Assembly: GCA_043770215.1 (NCBI GenBank)
Contig: JAYVIQ010000045.1
Location: 1-58,976, forward strand
Length of the DNA: 58,976 nucleotides
DNA from: Cytophagales bacterium
Lineage (GTDB): Bacteria; Bacteroidota; Bacteroidia; Cytophagales; JAAEPT01
Direction of reading: 5' to 3'
Shown here piece after piece: positions 18,801 to 28,160 of this stretch (position 1 is the first letter of the stretch; every line of letters begins with the position of its first letter). Both the position numbers and the translations under genes were made by a program. Below the pieces are notes generated by a model that worked only from the letters and a program-made list of their open reading frames with translations, had not been told where the DNA came from and searched no databases.

Positions 18801-20369
18801 TTGCCAATTTTCTTTTGGAGTAAATTTTTGGGCATCTAAAGTATCTTTGGAAAAAACTGCTTTTAGAGGTTTTACACTATATCCTTTTTGTTTGAGCAAT
18901 TCTATTAAACCTTTGTTGCCAGGTAGGTGAGCAGTACCTGCTGTATTAAAAGTAGACCTTAATTGAATTAGACTATCAATTGCGTCAGCCATTTTTATGT
19001 TTCTTACTGTTAGTAGCCTATACCTAAATTCCTCATCTTGAAGAAATTCCATTAAGGCATTTATCTTATTCAGATTCCCTTCTTGATAGGTAAGAATCAT
19101 TTCTTCTTCTGCATTAAATTCAGAGAGGATGTCATACCTCATACTGTTTCTTGGGAGGTTTTCACCTGCAGACACATGGTCAAAGACTCGCTCAATACCA
19201 TCTGTATATTTGCCATGTTTTGTGGCAATATAATATAGGTAACAATCAACAAAGTAGGGCATACCTTCAGGGTTGTATTCATCTCTATGAAAAATTTGAT
19301 TTAGGTTCATTACCCAATTTTCATAACCGTCATATGCATCACCCCAGTCTTCAAAATAAGCATCTGCATTTTTTTTGCCTAGTACTTCTGTACCAAAATT
19401 TACCCAAGTTTTATTTGGGTCATATTGTTTAAAGGAGTAAGCATACAAAGAATCTGGATGTATTTCCATACTATATCCTTCTACTTTGTTAAAAGCATCA
19501 AGCATTGCATCAGAAAACTCAAATGCCCTTTTGTCTTTAACATGCATAGTCCCATATAAATAAGATGGTTTTTTTAGCCCATTGCCAGTAATCTCCCAAA
19601 GAAGATTATGAAATTCTTTTTCCAATACTACTGAATCTTTTGGAACTGTGTCTCCCTTCATGTTAAACCAATGTTGTTCTTGTGGTATGCCAGCTAGGTA
19701 TTCTATTTGGCTCTGAAGGGTGCCATTCATATACCAGCATTTCTCTGTGTCCTTTTTGAACCCCCTTAAATAATGGACTTGTGATTTTATTTGCCCAGTG
19801 GAGTACCACTCTGTTTGTAAAGAATCTAATTTATCCTTTTTGTAAAACTCCTCTAGTTTTAGTGTTCCGTTTTCGTGGTATACTACTCGTTTTCCTACCA
19901 AACTATCTTCTTTGTATCTAACTTTGCTCATTAGTTTAGTGTTTTGGTGGTACCAAAACCATTCGCCATTTTGCCTGCCTTTTTTAGAATAATTGCCTGT
20001 TTTTTTTAGCCCGCCATCATTGTGGTAAAAATCCCATTTGCCAACTCTGTTATTTTTGACATAATCACCCTCCATTTCTTTTTTGCCATTGGCGTAGTAC
20101 CATACCCATTTACCCTGCCTTACCTCGGGGTCTTTTTTAGCCAAAAAACCTTCGTTTTGTACTTGATTGTTGTCTATATAATGATCTTTGAAAGCCCAGT
20201 AAGTTGTATCTTGTGTTTTAATTTCAGTTTCTATTCTATAATATCCTGCTAGTTTTTTTGTGCATTCATTCCAGTTTCTGTCATAAAAAATAGTGTCAGT
20301 TTTTTGTGCAAACAATTGGCAAAGACCAATAAAGAAAATACTTAGAGTAATAAATGAGTTTTTTTTCAT
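15870..20369 (-). CDS. Giant secreted protein: MORN/YwqK-type repeats, a TraB/GumN domain, and about 1000 aa of unknown sequence
   Basis: The signal peptide is MKKNSFITLSIFFIGLCQLFAQ. There are repeated GKWxxYxxNGxxxxEG units (aa 80-240). Both TraB/GumN signatures are present: LLWEITGNGLKKPSYLYGTMH and AGTAHLPGNKGLIELLKQKGYSV. Confidence 0.7.
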   Translation of the reverse strand: MKKNSFITLSIFFIGLCQLFAQKTDTIFYDRNWNECTKKLAGYYRIETEIKTQDTTYWAFKDHYIDNNQVQNEGFLAKKDPEVRQGKWVWYYANGKKEMEGDYVKNNRVGKWDFYHNDGGLKKTGNYSKKGRQNGEWFWYHQNTKLMSKVRYKEDSLVGKRVVYHENGTLKLEEFYKKDKLDSLQTEWYSTGQIKSQVHYLRGFKKDTEKCWYMNGTLQSQIEYLAGIPQEQHWFNMKGDTVPKDSVVLEKEFHNLLWEITGNGLKKPSYLYGTMHVKDKRAFEFSDAMLDAFNKVEGYSMEIHPDSLYAYSFKQYDPNKTWVNFGTEVLGKKNADAYFEDWGDAYDGYENWVMNLNQIFHRDEYNPEGMPYFVDCYLYYIATKHGKYTDGIERVFDHVSAGENLPRNSMRYDILSEFNAEEEMILTYQEGNLNKINALMEFLQDEEFRYRLLTVRNIKMADAIDSLIQLRSTFNTAGTAHLPGNKGLIELLKQKGYSVKPLKAVFSKDTLDAQKFTPKENWQTVQPLNADFTVNSPGPLTAFSNGIVRNVFLDPIREIAFDAQQLDERWFSSGSKNSKISETDIDYLLNSPNILSRKKIIKGDTNGLELCWNEPLTSENNYLQKSGGDLDPKQIYYKARLYKKDYFLYLLQVAALNKDSLENEQASKFLGSIQWKKEILPKENWRRITDTSGAFSILTPPNTTYKNIIYNPKKEENELALNQYYTTEDEYKVHYWSGSNANNQFIFRYNNAPIGNWYFNDKEVFEWGLEYYTEFISDLKDSSYTTFGKYPSLEAKIKANKGHYVWLKYINRGYRNYLLVAKIDKKASSKKQAKDFFDSFTFENYSSVEYKKYITKTDSISILLPKELEKSVLNSDRNFIHTRNIRTTKDYNLDDYDYYKAPGYEHSRKKKDEKQIAPFASRNKYYALDSALGICYQTYVETFSEYYSLPNIDSLFSYFKKDFINEDYVIKESKRDSSNSDASKKQWLHVNFNIKNQNGQGELRFTQKGNTVITQRVFYPEELKNNRNVSNYFDSLDTRLINSNSNLFKDKSKGILDSLLSKDSLQQSYARKALDFYPFDSSHVKLIQQYAEKEAKLNDKKLENNTLDLLHVLSYVNDSTTADFMYRLSKTYLKDSLKFRLACIEYLTKINKGKGFKALEDLIKEPIKNIKQNKKSYTRLLTKLDDSLQIFANNHKTFNFWMKDSLWTLEKKLLLSTNECLSNKEINTDSIKANEVFLRSYFLDVAHLYKKLTKDSSNFTVIKSNLKDITQIITALDTESDSIEKVMLSLFEDKDQELKFEAAKYLFKNDKVLSASEKNKVFKDIKNRYKLMLMLSNIIMEYKIPDEYKSKEGISEAQLYHALTNTESENEYNNENENPVKMKLIKVVKQKKSQNYVNQESEDLEKEKKEKVLFYVYSYYNDGYTREKKLAISNPLPLDKDSLTFFEKPEYISAEYSGNEKKQIKELIFEWNNKSLYKEELIGSANEAAVEVIDYIEER

Positions 20370-20676
20370 GTAGCAGATATTCTTTTTTTTGGATCTTGTG
20401 TTTGTTTAGAATTTTTGTTTTAAACTTTTTACAGCATGTATAGAATTCTTTTTTGATTTGGTTCTGTAGGAATCTATTTTAAAAAAAAATAGGGGTGACT
20501 CACTAAGAATGTTTTTCAAATTAGATTTTGTACACTTATTTCAATTAAGAATAATTTAATTTCTGTAATACTAAATTTAACCATAAGCTTTCTAAAGTTC
20601 TAAATTTGGTAACTATTTTTGTAAAAAATAGTGTATTTTTAGTGAAATACCTTCTATAAATCAATAATTTAGTGCT

Positions 20677-21360
20677 ATGAAAATAAAAACGCTCATTCTT
20701 TGTTTGGCTATAGTAAGCTTATGTTCATGTATTTTTGATAGAAACAACAAGCAAGCTGAAGTATTGTTTGATACTTTAGAATCTAATAATCAAGTCCCAA
20801 GTGACTCACTTACAGATACTTTAAAAAATGCTTTTTCTCATTTCGATGTTGAGTCATTGGATTCTTCACATCAAAAATCTTTTTGGTTCAATGCTTATAA
20901 TTTTTATTTAGAAGATATGACTTACAACAGAACTGGGTATTTAGATGTAGATGAGTTTTACAAAAAATCTTTTTTAATTGCCAATAGAAAAATGACTTCT
21001 AAAGAGTTGATACAGAAAATAGCATCTTACCATGATTCAAGGCTTGTTCTAGGATTAGATTTTTCTACCACTACTAGTTCAAGAACCAGAGATATTGTAC
21101 TTATCACTAATTCAGATCAAATGCTAGATAGCCTCTGTACAAATCTTATAAATGATCAAACTTTTGTAAGGGTAAAAAAAGACATTAAACAAGTTTACTA
21201 TCCACAGCATTTCGATTGGCAACTTAAATATGTGGATTCAACTATCAGCATTAAACAGTTTGTCTTAAAGTACCATAAAAACAGTAGTTTGGCTGCTTAC
21301 AAGTTCAAGCCTTATCCATTTAGTACAAAGCTTAGAAGTGTAAATAGTACTCCTTTGTAA
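20677..21360 (+). CDS. Lipoprotein, DUF547-like
   Basis: The lipobox is LAIVSLCSC. KSFWFNAYNFYL resembles the DUF547 FWIN.YN motif. Confidence 0.5.
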   Translation: MKIKTLILCLAIVSLCSCIFDRNNKQAEVLFDTLESNNQVPSDSLTDTLKNAFSHFDVESLDSSHQKSFWFNAYNFYLEDMTYNRTGYLDVDEFYKKSFLIANRKMTSKELIQKIASYHDSRLVLGLDFSTTTSSRTRDIVLITNSDQMLDSLCTNLINDQTFVRVKKDIKQVYYPQHFDWQLKYVDSTISIKQFVLKYHKNSSLAAYKFKPYPFSTKLRSVNSTPL

Positions 21361-22051
21361 ATTTTTTATACTCCTCTGTGTATTTGTTATCATCATCATA
21401 TACAACAAGTTCTGTATACAAAGTTCTAGTTATGTGTTTTGTAAATTCTATCATAATCCTAGATTTTTCTTTCTTTATTTTTGGGTAAACAGTACAAACT
21501 CTACTCAAAAATAACCCTGCGTGTTCAAAAATAGTAATCAGATATTCTTGGTCAGAAGCTGGGTAAATGATACAAATCTTTCCTTCGGCGGTACTTTTAG
21601 AGAAACAAAATTGTGCAAAATCGATCATACTAAAATCTTCTTGGTGCCTAGCTATTTGTTTATGAGCACTAGGGTTTACCAATGAATTTCTAAAAAAAGG
21701 GGGGTTACTTACAATTAAGTCTTGCAATGGACCATGCCAATCTAAAAAACTGGTGTGTGTTGCTTTTAATTGATTTGCCCATTTTGAATTTTTAAAATTT
21801 TCAGCGCTTTCTATAACCGAGGGCTTATCTAAATCTATGGCCTCTATACATGCTTTTGGTGTGCATTTCTGTGCCAACGCAAGTGCTATTATCCCGCATC
21901 CAGCTCCTATATCTATTATAGAGTTTGTATTGGAGCAGTCTGTAAAAGAAGCTAATAAAATGGCGTCTGTGCCTACAGCAAGAGTAGATAATTGGTGCTT
22001 GATTTCAAATTGTTTACAAACAAAAGGATTTAGATTTCTACGTACTTCCAA
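21332..22051 (-). CDS. trmN6: tRNA (adenine-N6)-methyltransferase, TrmN6/YfiC type
   Basis: FEIKHQLSTLAVGTDAILLA...IIDIGAGCGIIALALAQK...LIVSNPPFF gives the SAM motif I plus the NPPF N6-adenine methyltransferase motif in the YfiC arrangement. Confidence 0.8.
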   Translation of the reverse strand: MEVRRNLNPFVCKQFEIKHQLSTLAVGTDAILLASFTDCSNTNSIIDIGAGCGIIALALAQKCTPKACIEAIDLDKPSVIESAENFKNSKWANQLKATHTSFLDWHGPLQDLIVSNPPFFRNSLVNPSAHKQIARHQEDFSMIDFAQFCFSKSTAEGKICIIYPASDQEYLITIFEHAGLFLSRVCTVYPKIKKEKSRIMIEFTKHITRTLYTELVVYDDDNKYTEEYKKFTKEYYLHF

Positions 22052-22172
22052 AGCTAAAACATTAAATTATGGTATTAATATCTAAAATCTAGGTTTTTTT
22101 ACTTTATGATTGCGCTGGGTTTGGGTGCATTTAAAAAAAGTTCTAAATCCAGAAGTTAAATTGGTTTAGGAA

Positions 22173-22604
22173 TTATGGAATTATTTTTGACACATATTTT
22201 TGAGCAAGTGCATTGTAGGTGTTCGCTCTTTTTTTTGCTTCTTCGGGTAAGAAATTTTCATCTGATAGTACTGCAAAGTATCCGCTTTTCTGAAAATAAT
22301 AAATAGTATTTCCTTGGTTTACTGAAATCAATGAATCTGTTTTTTTATCAAAAAAGTACTGAGTGGTAATAGTTGTACCATTTGTATTCTTTTTTTCTAC
22401 TATGCGTACTAGATTTGGATATTTTGGAATGAAATAAAATTTTATGGTAGCAGCATCTATTTCTTGAGTTTTAGATAAACTTTTTTGTTTTTGAATTTTT
22501 GCTACTTTGCGGTCTATTTTTTTCATAGCCCTGTCTTGCCAAGATCCAAAAGTTAATTGGCTAATTAACAGTAAAATAATATAGATTAGTTTCTTTTTTT
22601 TCAT
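22173..22604 (-). CDS. Hypothetical secreted protein
   Basis: I moved the start to the internal Met (MKKKKLIYIILLLISQLTFGS is a signal peptide). I recognise no family. Confidence 0.45.
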   Translation of the reverse strand: MKKKKLIYIILLLISQLTFGSWQDRAMKKIDRKVAKIQKQKSLSKTQEIDAATIKFYFIPKYPNLVRIVEKKNTNGTTITTQYFFDKKTDSLISVNQGNTIYYFQKSGYFAVLSDENFLPEEAKKRANTYNALAQKYVSKIIP

Positions 22605-22832
22605 TTTATCTAACTTTTTAAATCTACCTATCAAACACATAACATCAAAGATGTATTATCCAACACAGATTCTCTAATTTATAATTCCTTGTATTTTAAG
22701 CGTTCTTTTTTGATTTTTTGTATAATCAAAAGTATAAATCATGTTTTTTTGTGTTGTGTCATTTATTGAAATGAAAAAGAGAATTTACTTTTCATTTTTT
22801 TTCTTTTCAGTCCCTATAAAAACTATAATTAG

Positions 22833-24119
22833 CTAGTCAAAGTATAAATCGCCATTGATGAAAGCAACAACTTCTGGATGAATTTTTACATCACTTAATT
22901 TTACTTTTTTTTGAAGAGAAATACCATCCAATGTTCTGCATCTGCTTAGCGCTACATACAGTTGTCCAGCTGCAAAAGCACCCTTATCTAAGTTTATTTC
23001 AATATGATCAAAGGTTAGCCCTTGTGACTTATGTATGGTTACTGCCCAAGCAAGTTGTAATGGTAGTTGAGTAAATTTTCCTTTTACCTCTTCTTTTATT
23101 TTACCTTCTTTATCTAACGAATACTCTATGTTTTCCCAATTGTCTGTTTTTACATCATACTCATTGCCATTATCTAGTTTTACTTTTACAAAATCAGTTT
23201 CTAAGGCAATTATTTTTGCTAAAGTACCATTAACCCATTTTTTTTCTATGTCGTTTTTTACAAACATAACCTGTGCACCTACTTTAAAACTGAGTACTTC
23301 GGCAGTAGGCAATTGAGATGGAGGGAAATTTTTTTCTACCTTTCCATTATAAAATTTGGGTACACTTTTTAGTTCTTCTAGCCTTTTGTTGTTTGTTTGC
23401 TCCACGGTATCTTTTCTAGAAGCAAGTAGAATCACAAATTTGTCTTTTGGCAAAATGCTTTCAAATTGATAATTTATGTCTACTAATTCTTCTTCTTCAA
23501 TAGTACCTATGCGTACCTTGTCTAATAAAGAAATAAAAAACTTATCAGATTGTCTGAAAACCTCATCAAACTGAATATGACTAGGTGAAAGCGATTGATA
23601 AGCAGAAGAGTAGAAAAAATAAAAAGATCTGTAAATAGACCCAATACTTGCTCTATCTTGTGGAGTAACTACTGGCTCTAACTGAAAAGGGTCGCCAACA
23701 AATACAATTTGCTTGCCACCAAAAGGGATTTCTTGGTCTTCTGAGTGAAGTCTTAAAATTACGTCTATGGCATCTAACATGTCTGCTCTTACCATAGAAA
23801 TTTCATCTAAAACCAAAACCTGTATTTCTTTTAACAGTTTTCTTTTTGTACTTGTATACCTAATGTGATACAAGCGTTCGTCGTTTGGTTTTATTGGACC
23901 AAAAGGGAGCTGAAACAAAGAGTGCATAGTCATGCCTCTAGCGTTTATAGCGGCTATGCCTGTTGGGGCTGCTACTACAATTTTCTTTTTAGAGTTTTCT
24001 GTTAAATATTTTATGAAACTAGATTTACCTGTACCAGCTTTTCCAGTTATCAAAACAGATTTGGTGCTAAACTCTATGGCATCAAATGCTTTTTGGGCTT
24101 GTGTGTTTAGTTCTATCAA
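22833..24119 (-). CDS. pif1: Pif1-family (RecD-like SF1B) DNA helicase
   Basis: Walker A is ITGKAGTGKS and Walker B is VLVLDEISMV. It also has GDPFQLEPV and the C-terminal WAVTIHKSQGLTFD. At about 430 aa it matches compact bacterial Pif1 proteins. Confidence 0.85.
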   Translation of the reverse strand: MIELNTQAQKAFDAIEFSTKSVLITGKAGTGKSSFIKYLTENSKKKIVVAAPTGIAAINARGMTMHSLFQLPFGPIKPNDERLYHIRYTSTKRKLLKEIQVLVLDEISMVRADMLDAIDVILRLHSEDQEIPFGGKQIVFVGDPFQLEPVVTPQDRASIGSIYRSFYFFYSSAYQSLSPSHIQFDEVFRQSDKFFISLLDKVRIGTIEEEELVDINYQFESILPKDKFVILLASRKDTVEQTNNKRLEELKSVPKFYNGKVEKNFPPSQLPTAEVLSFKVGAQVMFVKNDIEKKWVNGTLAKIIALETDFVKVKLDNGNEYDVKTDNWENIEYSLDKEGKIKEEVKGKFTQLPLQLAWAVTIHKSQGLTFDHIEINLDKGAFAAGQLYVALSRCRTLDGISLQKKVKLSDVKIHPEVVAFINGDLYFD

Positions 24120-26230
24120 TACGTAATTATGTCTTCTATAATTTTAGATGATTCATAGATGTAAATATCTTGTTTTATTTTTTTAGCAAATTCATTAAAC
24201 TTAGCCGTTTTGGTTGTATCACCATTCCATGTTTTTACATCCGCTTTTAAACCATTTACCTTTATGCCATCAATATCAAAAAGAATGTTTTCATATTTTT
24301 CTCCTTGAGCCTTTTCACTATTCATCTGCGCTTTAAATTCATTGTAAGAAAGTGGGTAGGTAAGGTCTTTTCTTATTTCTGAATAGTATTTTGCTCTTTC
24401 ATCATATAGTTTAAATGTTTTGTCTTGGGCAATTCTATCAGTACTGTTTTTGATAATGGTTTTAAAATCACCAACGTAGCTCTCATAGTTAGTATAAGGA
24501 GTAGATTTAATTACATCCCATGGCATAGCATGTTCTATTTCTCTTTCTCCGTTTTCTATGTATGAAAAATTATTTGGTGTAACTATGTCAGATTCTACCC
24601 CTTTAAGCTGTGTAGCACCTCCATTTATTCTATAAAACTTTTGCATAGTGTATTTTATAGATCCAAGTGGTGCCATGCTTTCATTTTCGTAGCTTATGTA
24701 CCTATCTAAATCATCAAATCTTTGTACAGTGCCTTTGCCATAAGAACTTTTGCTACCCACTATAACAGCTCTTTTGTAGTCTTGCATGGCAGCTGCCAAA
24801 ATCTCAGAGGCAGAGGCACTTCCTTGGTCTATCATAATTACTAAAGGGCCAGCATACACTATTTTTGAATCGTTGTCATTCATTACTTGCCCATTACTAT
24901 ACCTGTCTTTTACTTGTACAATTGGCCCATCTTTTATAAATAATCCACCTATTTCTACTACATCTCTTAAAGAACCACCACCATTGTCTCTTAAATCAAT
25001 TACAATGCCGTCTACATTGTCTTCCATTAATTTTAGCACTTCTTTTTTAACATCTACAGCGCATCTTCTGCCATTTTCATTATTAAAATCTGCATAAAAT
25101 TTTGGTAAGTACAAATAACCAGTTTTGGTGTTGGTTTTAGAGTTTTCAAAAATAGCGCTCTTTGCGTAGGTTTCTTCTAAGATTACTACGTCTCTAATAA
25201 TGGGTATAATTGCTTCAGAACCATCTATTTTTCGAACAGTAAGGCGTACTTCCGAACCTTTTGGACCTCTAATCAAGCGTACAGCTTCGTCTAGATTCAT
25301 GTCTACAATACTTACTGGTTCCTGTGTATTTTGTGCAACTTTTAAAATCACATCACCAGTTTTTAATTGACCTTGTTTCCATGAAGCAGATCCTGGAACT
25401 ATTTGTGTTACGCTTGTGAATCCGTCTTTTTGCTGTAGTGTTGCGCCTATCCCTTCTAATGTACCAGACATTTGTATATCAAAATCTTCTTTGTCCTGAG
25501 GTGGAAAAAAGTTAGTATGTGGATCATAAAGCTCTGTAAGACAATTGAAATAGATAGCCAATCTGTCATCTCTATCTACCTCTTTCATACGTTTAAACCA
25601 TTGTTTGTGGTTTTTGAGTACTCGTTCTCTTGCTTCAACTTCTAATTCTGTATAAGATTTTAGCTTTACAGTATCCGAGTTTAGTTTTGCTTTTTGTTGG
25701 GCTGTTTCTTTGCTATAAATGTCTGAGTAAATACTGTAAATCATGTATTCATTCCATCTCGTTTTTAGCTCAAATTTTGAACTTGCAAATTTTATCTTTT
25801 CAGGATCTAGATTTATTTTTTGTCCTTTGTTTATTGATTTTATGGGTGTTTTTAAAAATTCTTCATACAAAACTGATGATGCTACCGTTCGTTTAGTAAT
25901 TAATTCATGGGATAGATTAAAAAAGTCAAATTTTCTGTCCTTTATCTGATCATCTAACTTGTAGCGCCATTTTTCTAAAGAAGATACGTCTTCTTGAAGT
26001 AAAAAGCGTTTGTTGTAATCTAATTTTTCTATGTAAAGATCAAATAACTTAGAGGATAAAGAATCATTTAACTGAATTGGATTAAAATGGTCTTTTTCTA
26101 AAACTTTTAGCAATGCACTCAAAATTACTGCATCTTTATCTGTCTGAGTTTTAGAACTAAATGATATTAATGCTTCGCACGATGCTAAAAGCACTAATAG
26201 AAAACTGAACTTCGCTATTCTTTTATTCAT
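24116..26230 (-). CDS. S41 carboxy-terminal processing (tail-specific) peptidase
   Basis: It has a signal/lipobox LLASC, a PDZ-like segment, GYLYLPKFY, DLRDNGGGS and GSASASEILAAAMQD (the catalytic Ser region). Its stop overlaps the pif1 start by 4 nt. Confidence 0.9.
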   Translation of the reverse strand: MNKRIAKFSFLLVLLASCEALISFSSKTQTDKDAVILSALLKVLEKDHFNPIQLNDSLSSKLFDLYIEKLDYNKRFLLQEDVSSLEKWRYKLDDQIKDRKFDFFNLSHELITKRTVASSVLYEEFLKTPIKSINKGQKINLDPEKIKFASSKFELKTRWNEYMIYSIYSDIYSKETAQQKAKLNSDTVKLKSYTELEVEARERVLKNHKQWFKRMKEVDRDDRLAIYFNCLTELYDPHTNFFPPQDKEDFDIQMSGTLEGIGATLQQKDGFTSVTQIVPGSASWKQGQLKTGDVILKVAQNTQEPVSIVDMNLDEAVRLIRGPKGSEVRLTVRKIDGSEAIIPIIRDVVILEETYAKSAIFENSKTNTKTGYLYLPKFYADFNNENGRRCAVDVKKEVLKLMEDNVDGIVIDLRDNGGGSLRDVVEIGGLFIKDGPIVQVKDRYSNGQVMNDNDSKIVYAGPLVIMIDQGSASASEILAAAMQDYKRAVIVGSKSSYGKGTVQRFDDLDRYISYENESMAPLGSIKYTMQKFYRINGGATQLKGVESDIVTPNNFSYIENGEREIEHAMPWDVIKSTPYTNYESYVGDFKTIIKNSTDRIAQDKTFKLYDERAKYYSEIRKDLTYPLSYNEFKAQMNSEKAQGEKYENILFDIDGIKVNGLKADVKTWNGDTTKTAKFNEFAKKIKQDIYIYESSKIIEDIITY

Positions 26231-26339
26231 ATAAAGCGTATATTTAGACTGGAAATATACAATTTGTTAGCACAATAAAGAAAGAATTCATTGTATCTTG
26301 GAAATAAATTTTATAAAATAACATTATCAAACGGGTTAG

Positions 26340-28160
26340 ATGTCTTTAATTTCAAAAATATGGAGTAAAGCAATATTGTTAGGGACATCACATTCTTCTG
26401 ATGTAAACCTTACAACAAGAATAATGCACACAAACAGGACATGTATGTATTCATTTTTGCTTCATGTTTTTTTTGCATCAGTATTTTTAACAATGCAACT
26501 GCCCATTTTAGCATTAATCATTTTTGTTTTTATTACTTTAATGTTTTTGGTTCAGTTACTTACTTGGCAAGGTAAGTACAATGCATCTAGGATACTATTT
26601 ATAGCAATTAGTAATTTGATAGTATTTATTTTCTCTATCATTTTGGGCGAAGATGGGGGTACATATTTTTTGTTTTTCTGCATAATTACATGCGTATTTA
26701 CTTTTTTTGGAGCTAAAGAAAAAGAACTACTAATTCTTAGCGTTTTAATTTCTCCATTCTTATGGTTGTGTTTAGAATTGTCTAATTACGAATTGTTTAA
26801 AATCATTCCCAAAATTACTTCTGAGAATTTAAGCCTATTAAAATTTTTAGCTATTACTACAACTTTTTTATGTATGTTCGTTTTTTTGTTCGATTTTATG
26901 GTCTTTAGCTATAAGAATGAAGATTTGTTAAATTCTACTATTCTAACACTGCGTACAAAAGAAAAGGAACTTACAGAAAAAAACAAAGATTATTTAACCT
27001 CTACCAAAGAGCTATTGAGCATACAGCAATTATTATCTGCAAACCAGGTAAATCTAGAAGAAGAGAAATCAAAAGCTGAAAAAGCATTAAAAGTAAAAAC
27101 TGATTTTCTTTCTAGTATGAGTCATGAAATAAGAACACCTATGAATGTAATTGTGGGTCTTACTGATATACTATTAGACACAGAAATTGACCATGAAAAG
27201 TTAGAAAACCTACATTTAATAAAAAATAGTTCTGATAATTTACTTGTGATTATAAATGATATTCTTGATTTCTCTAAAATGGATAGTGGTAAACTAATCA
27301 TAGAAAACATTGAATTTGATTTGTTTAATAAGCTGAATGATGTAAGAAAATTTATAGAAGTAAGAACAAAAGAAAACAACAATACTATAGACTTAAAAAT
27401 AGACAAGAATGTTCCTCAGTTTGTTTCCTCAGATCCAGTGAGAATTACACAGGTACTCATGAATTTACTTTCTAATGCCAATAAGTTCTCTAAAAATGGA
27501 AAAATTCAGCTTTTAGTCTCTCTAAAAAAAAATCACTCGCCTACAAAATCTAATTTGTTGTTTGAAATCAGAGATAATGGTATTGGTATTGAAAAGGAAT
27601 CTTTAGACAAAATTTTTGAAAGTTTTACTCAAGCATCTAGTAGCACAACACGTCAGTATGGCGGTACTGGTTTAGGTTTGCCTATAAGTAAAAGAATAGT
27701 TGATTTTCTTGATGGTGCAATATGGGTGGAAAGTGAAGTGAATATAGGGTCTAGTTTTTTTGTAGATTTACCTTTAAAACATAAAGAATTTATATCCAAA
27801 AAACAGCTTAAGGGCCTAGTTTGTGAGGATTATGAAATGAATCAAATGCTTATTCAGAAGACTTTTGATAATCTAGAAATAGGAGTGGATTTTGCACTTA
27901 CATTTAAAGAATTCAAAGAAAAATTCTCAAATCCAGAGTATTCATTTTTGATGTTTGATGTAAATAAAGATGAATTTGCCTGGGACTTAGTAAAAGGTTT
28001 TATTCTAGATAAAGGAATATTGCAAAGTAAAGAAGTACTTGTATATAGCAATTTTTTTAATGAAGAAATGGCACAAATGGGTATTCAAATTGTTTCTAAA
28101 CCAATAAATAATAAGGAAATAAAATTATTTAAAGATTCATTATTATCTCAAAAACAGTAA
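26340..28160 (+). CDS. Membrane sensor histidine kinase with a degenerate C-terminal receiver-like domain
   Basis: It has about six N-terminal transmembrane helices and a coiled coil. The H-box is FLSSMSHEIRTPMN, the N-box is LLSNANKFS, and the G-boxes are RDNGIGI and GGTGLGLPISK. The tail LVCEDYEMNQ...FLMFDVN looks like a receiver domain. Confidence 0.85.
   Translation: MSLISKIWSKAILLGTSHSSDVNLTTRIMHTNRTCMYSFLLHVFFASVFLTMQLPILALIIFVFITLMFLVQLLTWQGKYNASRILFIAISNLIVFIFSIILGEDGGTYFLFFCIITCVFTFFGAKEKELLILSVLISPFLWLCLELSNYELFKIIPKITSENLSLLKFLAITTTFLCMFVFLFDFMVFSYKNEDLLNSTILTLRTKEKELTEKNKDYLTSTKELLSIQQLLSANQVNLEEEKSKAEKALKVKTDFLSSMSHEIRTPMNVIVGLTDILLDTEIDHEKLENLHLIKNSSDNLLVIINDILDFSKMDSGKLIIENIEFDLFNKLNDVRKFIEVRTKENNNTIDLKIDKNVPQFVSSDPVRITQVLMNLLSNANKFSKNGKIQLLVSLKKNHSPTKSNLLFEIRDNGIGIEKESLDKIFESFTQASSSTTRQYGGTGLGLPISKRIVDFLDGAIWVESEVNIGSSFFVDLPLKHKEFISKKQLKGLVCEDYEMNQMLIQKTFDNLEIGVDFALTFKEFKEKFSNPEYSFLMFDVNKDEFAWDLVKGFILDKGILQSKEVLVYSNFFNEEMAQMGIQIVSKPINNKEIKLFKDSLLSQKQ

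Noticed and set aside
21332-21360. A 29-nt convergent overlap between the 3' ends of the DUF547-like gene and trmN6.
   Set aside because: Short convergent overlaps are common in compact genomes, and nothing else here is unusual.
22769-22802. An A/T-only hairpin (AAATGAAAA…TTTTCATTT plus a T-run) between the hypothetical gene and pif1.
   Set aside because: It points in the plus direction, where no gene ends, and its stem has only one G:C pair. It is probably incidental in AT-rich spacer.
22833-24119. The Pif1-like helicase could be part of an anti-phage defence module.
   Set aside because: It is a compact (~430 aa) Pif1 of the kind commonly found as a core gene in Bacteroidota. It is translationally coupled to a housekeeping S41 peptidase, and there are no nuclease, methylase or other defence-type neighbours.
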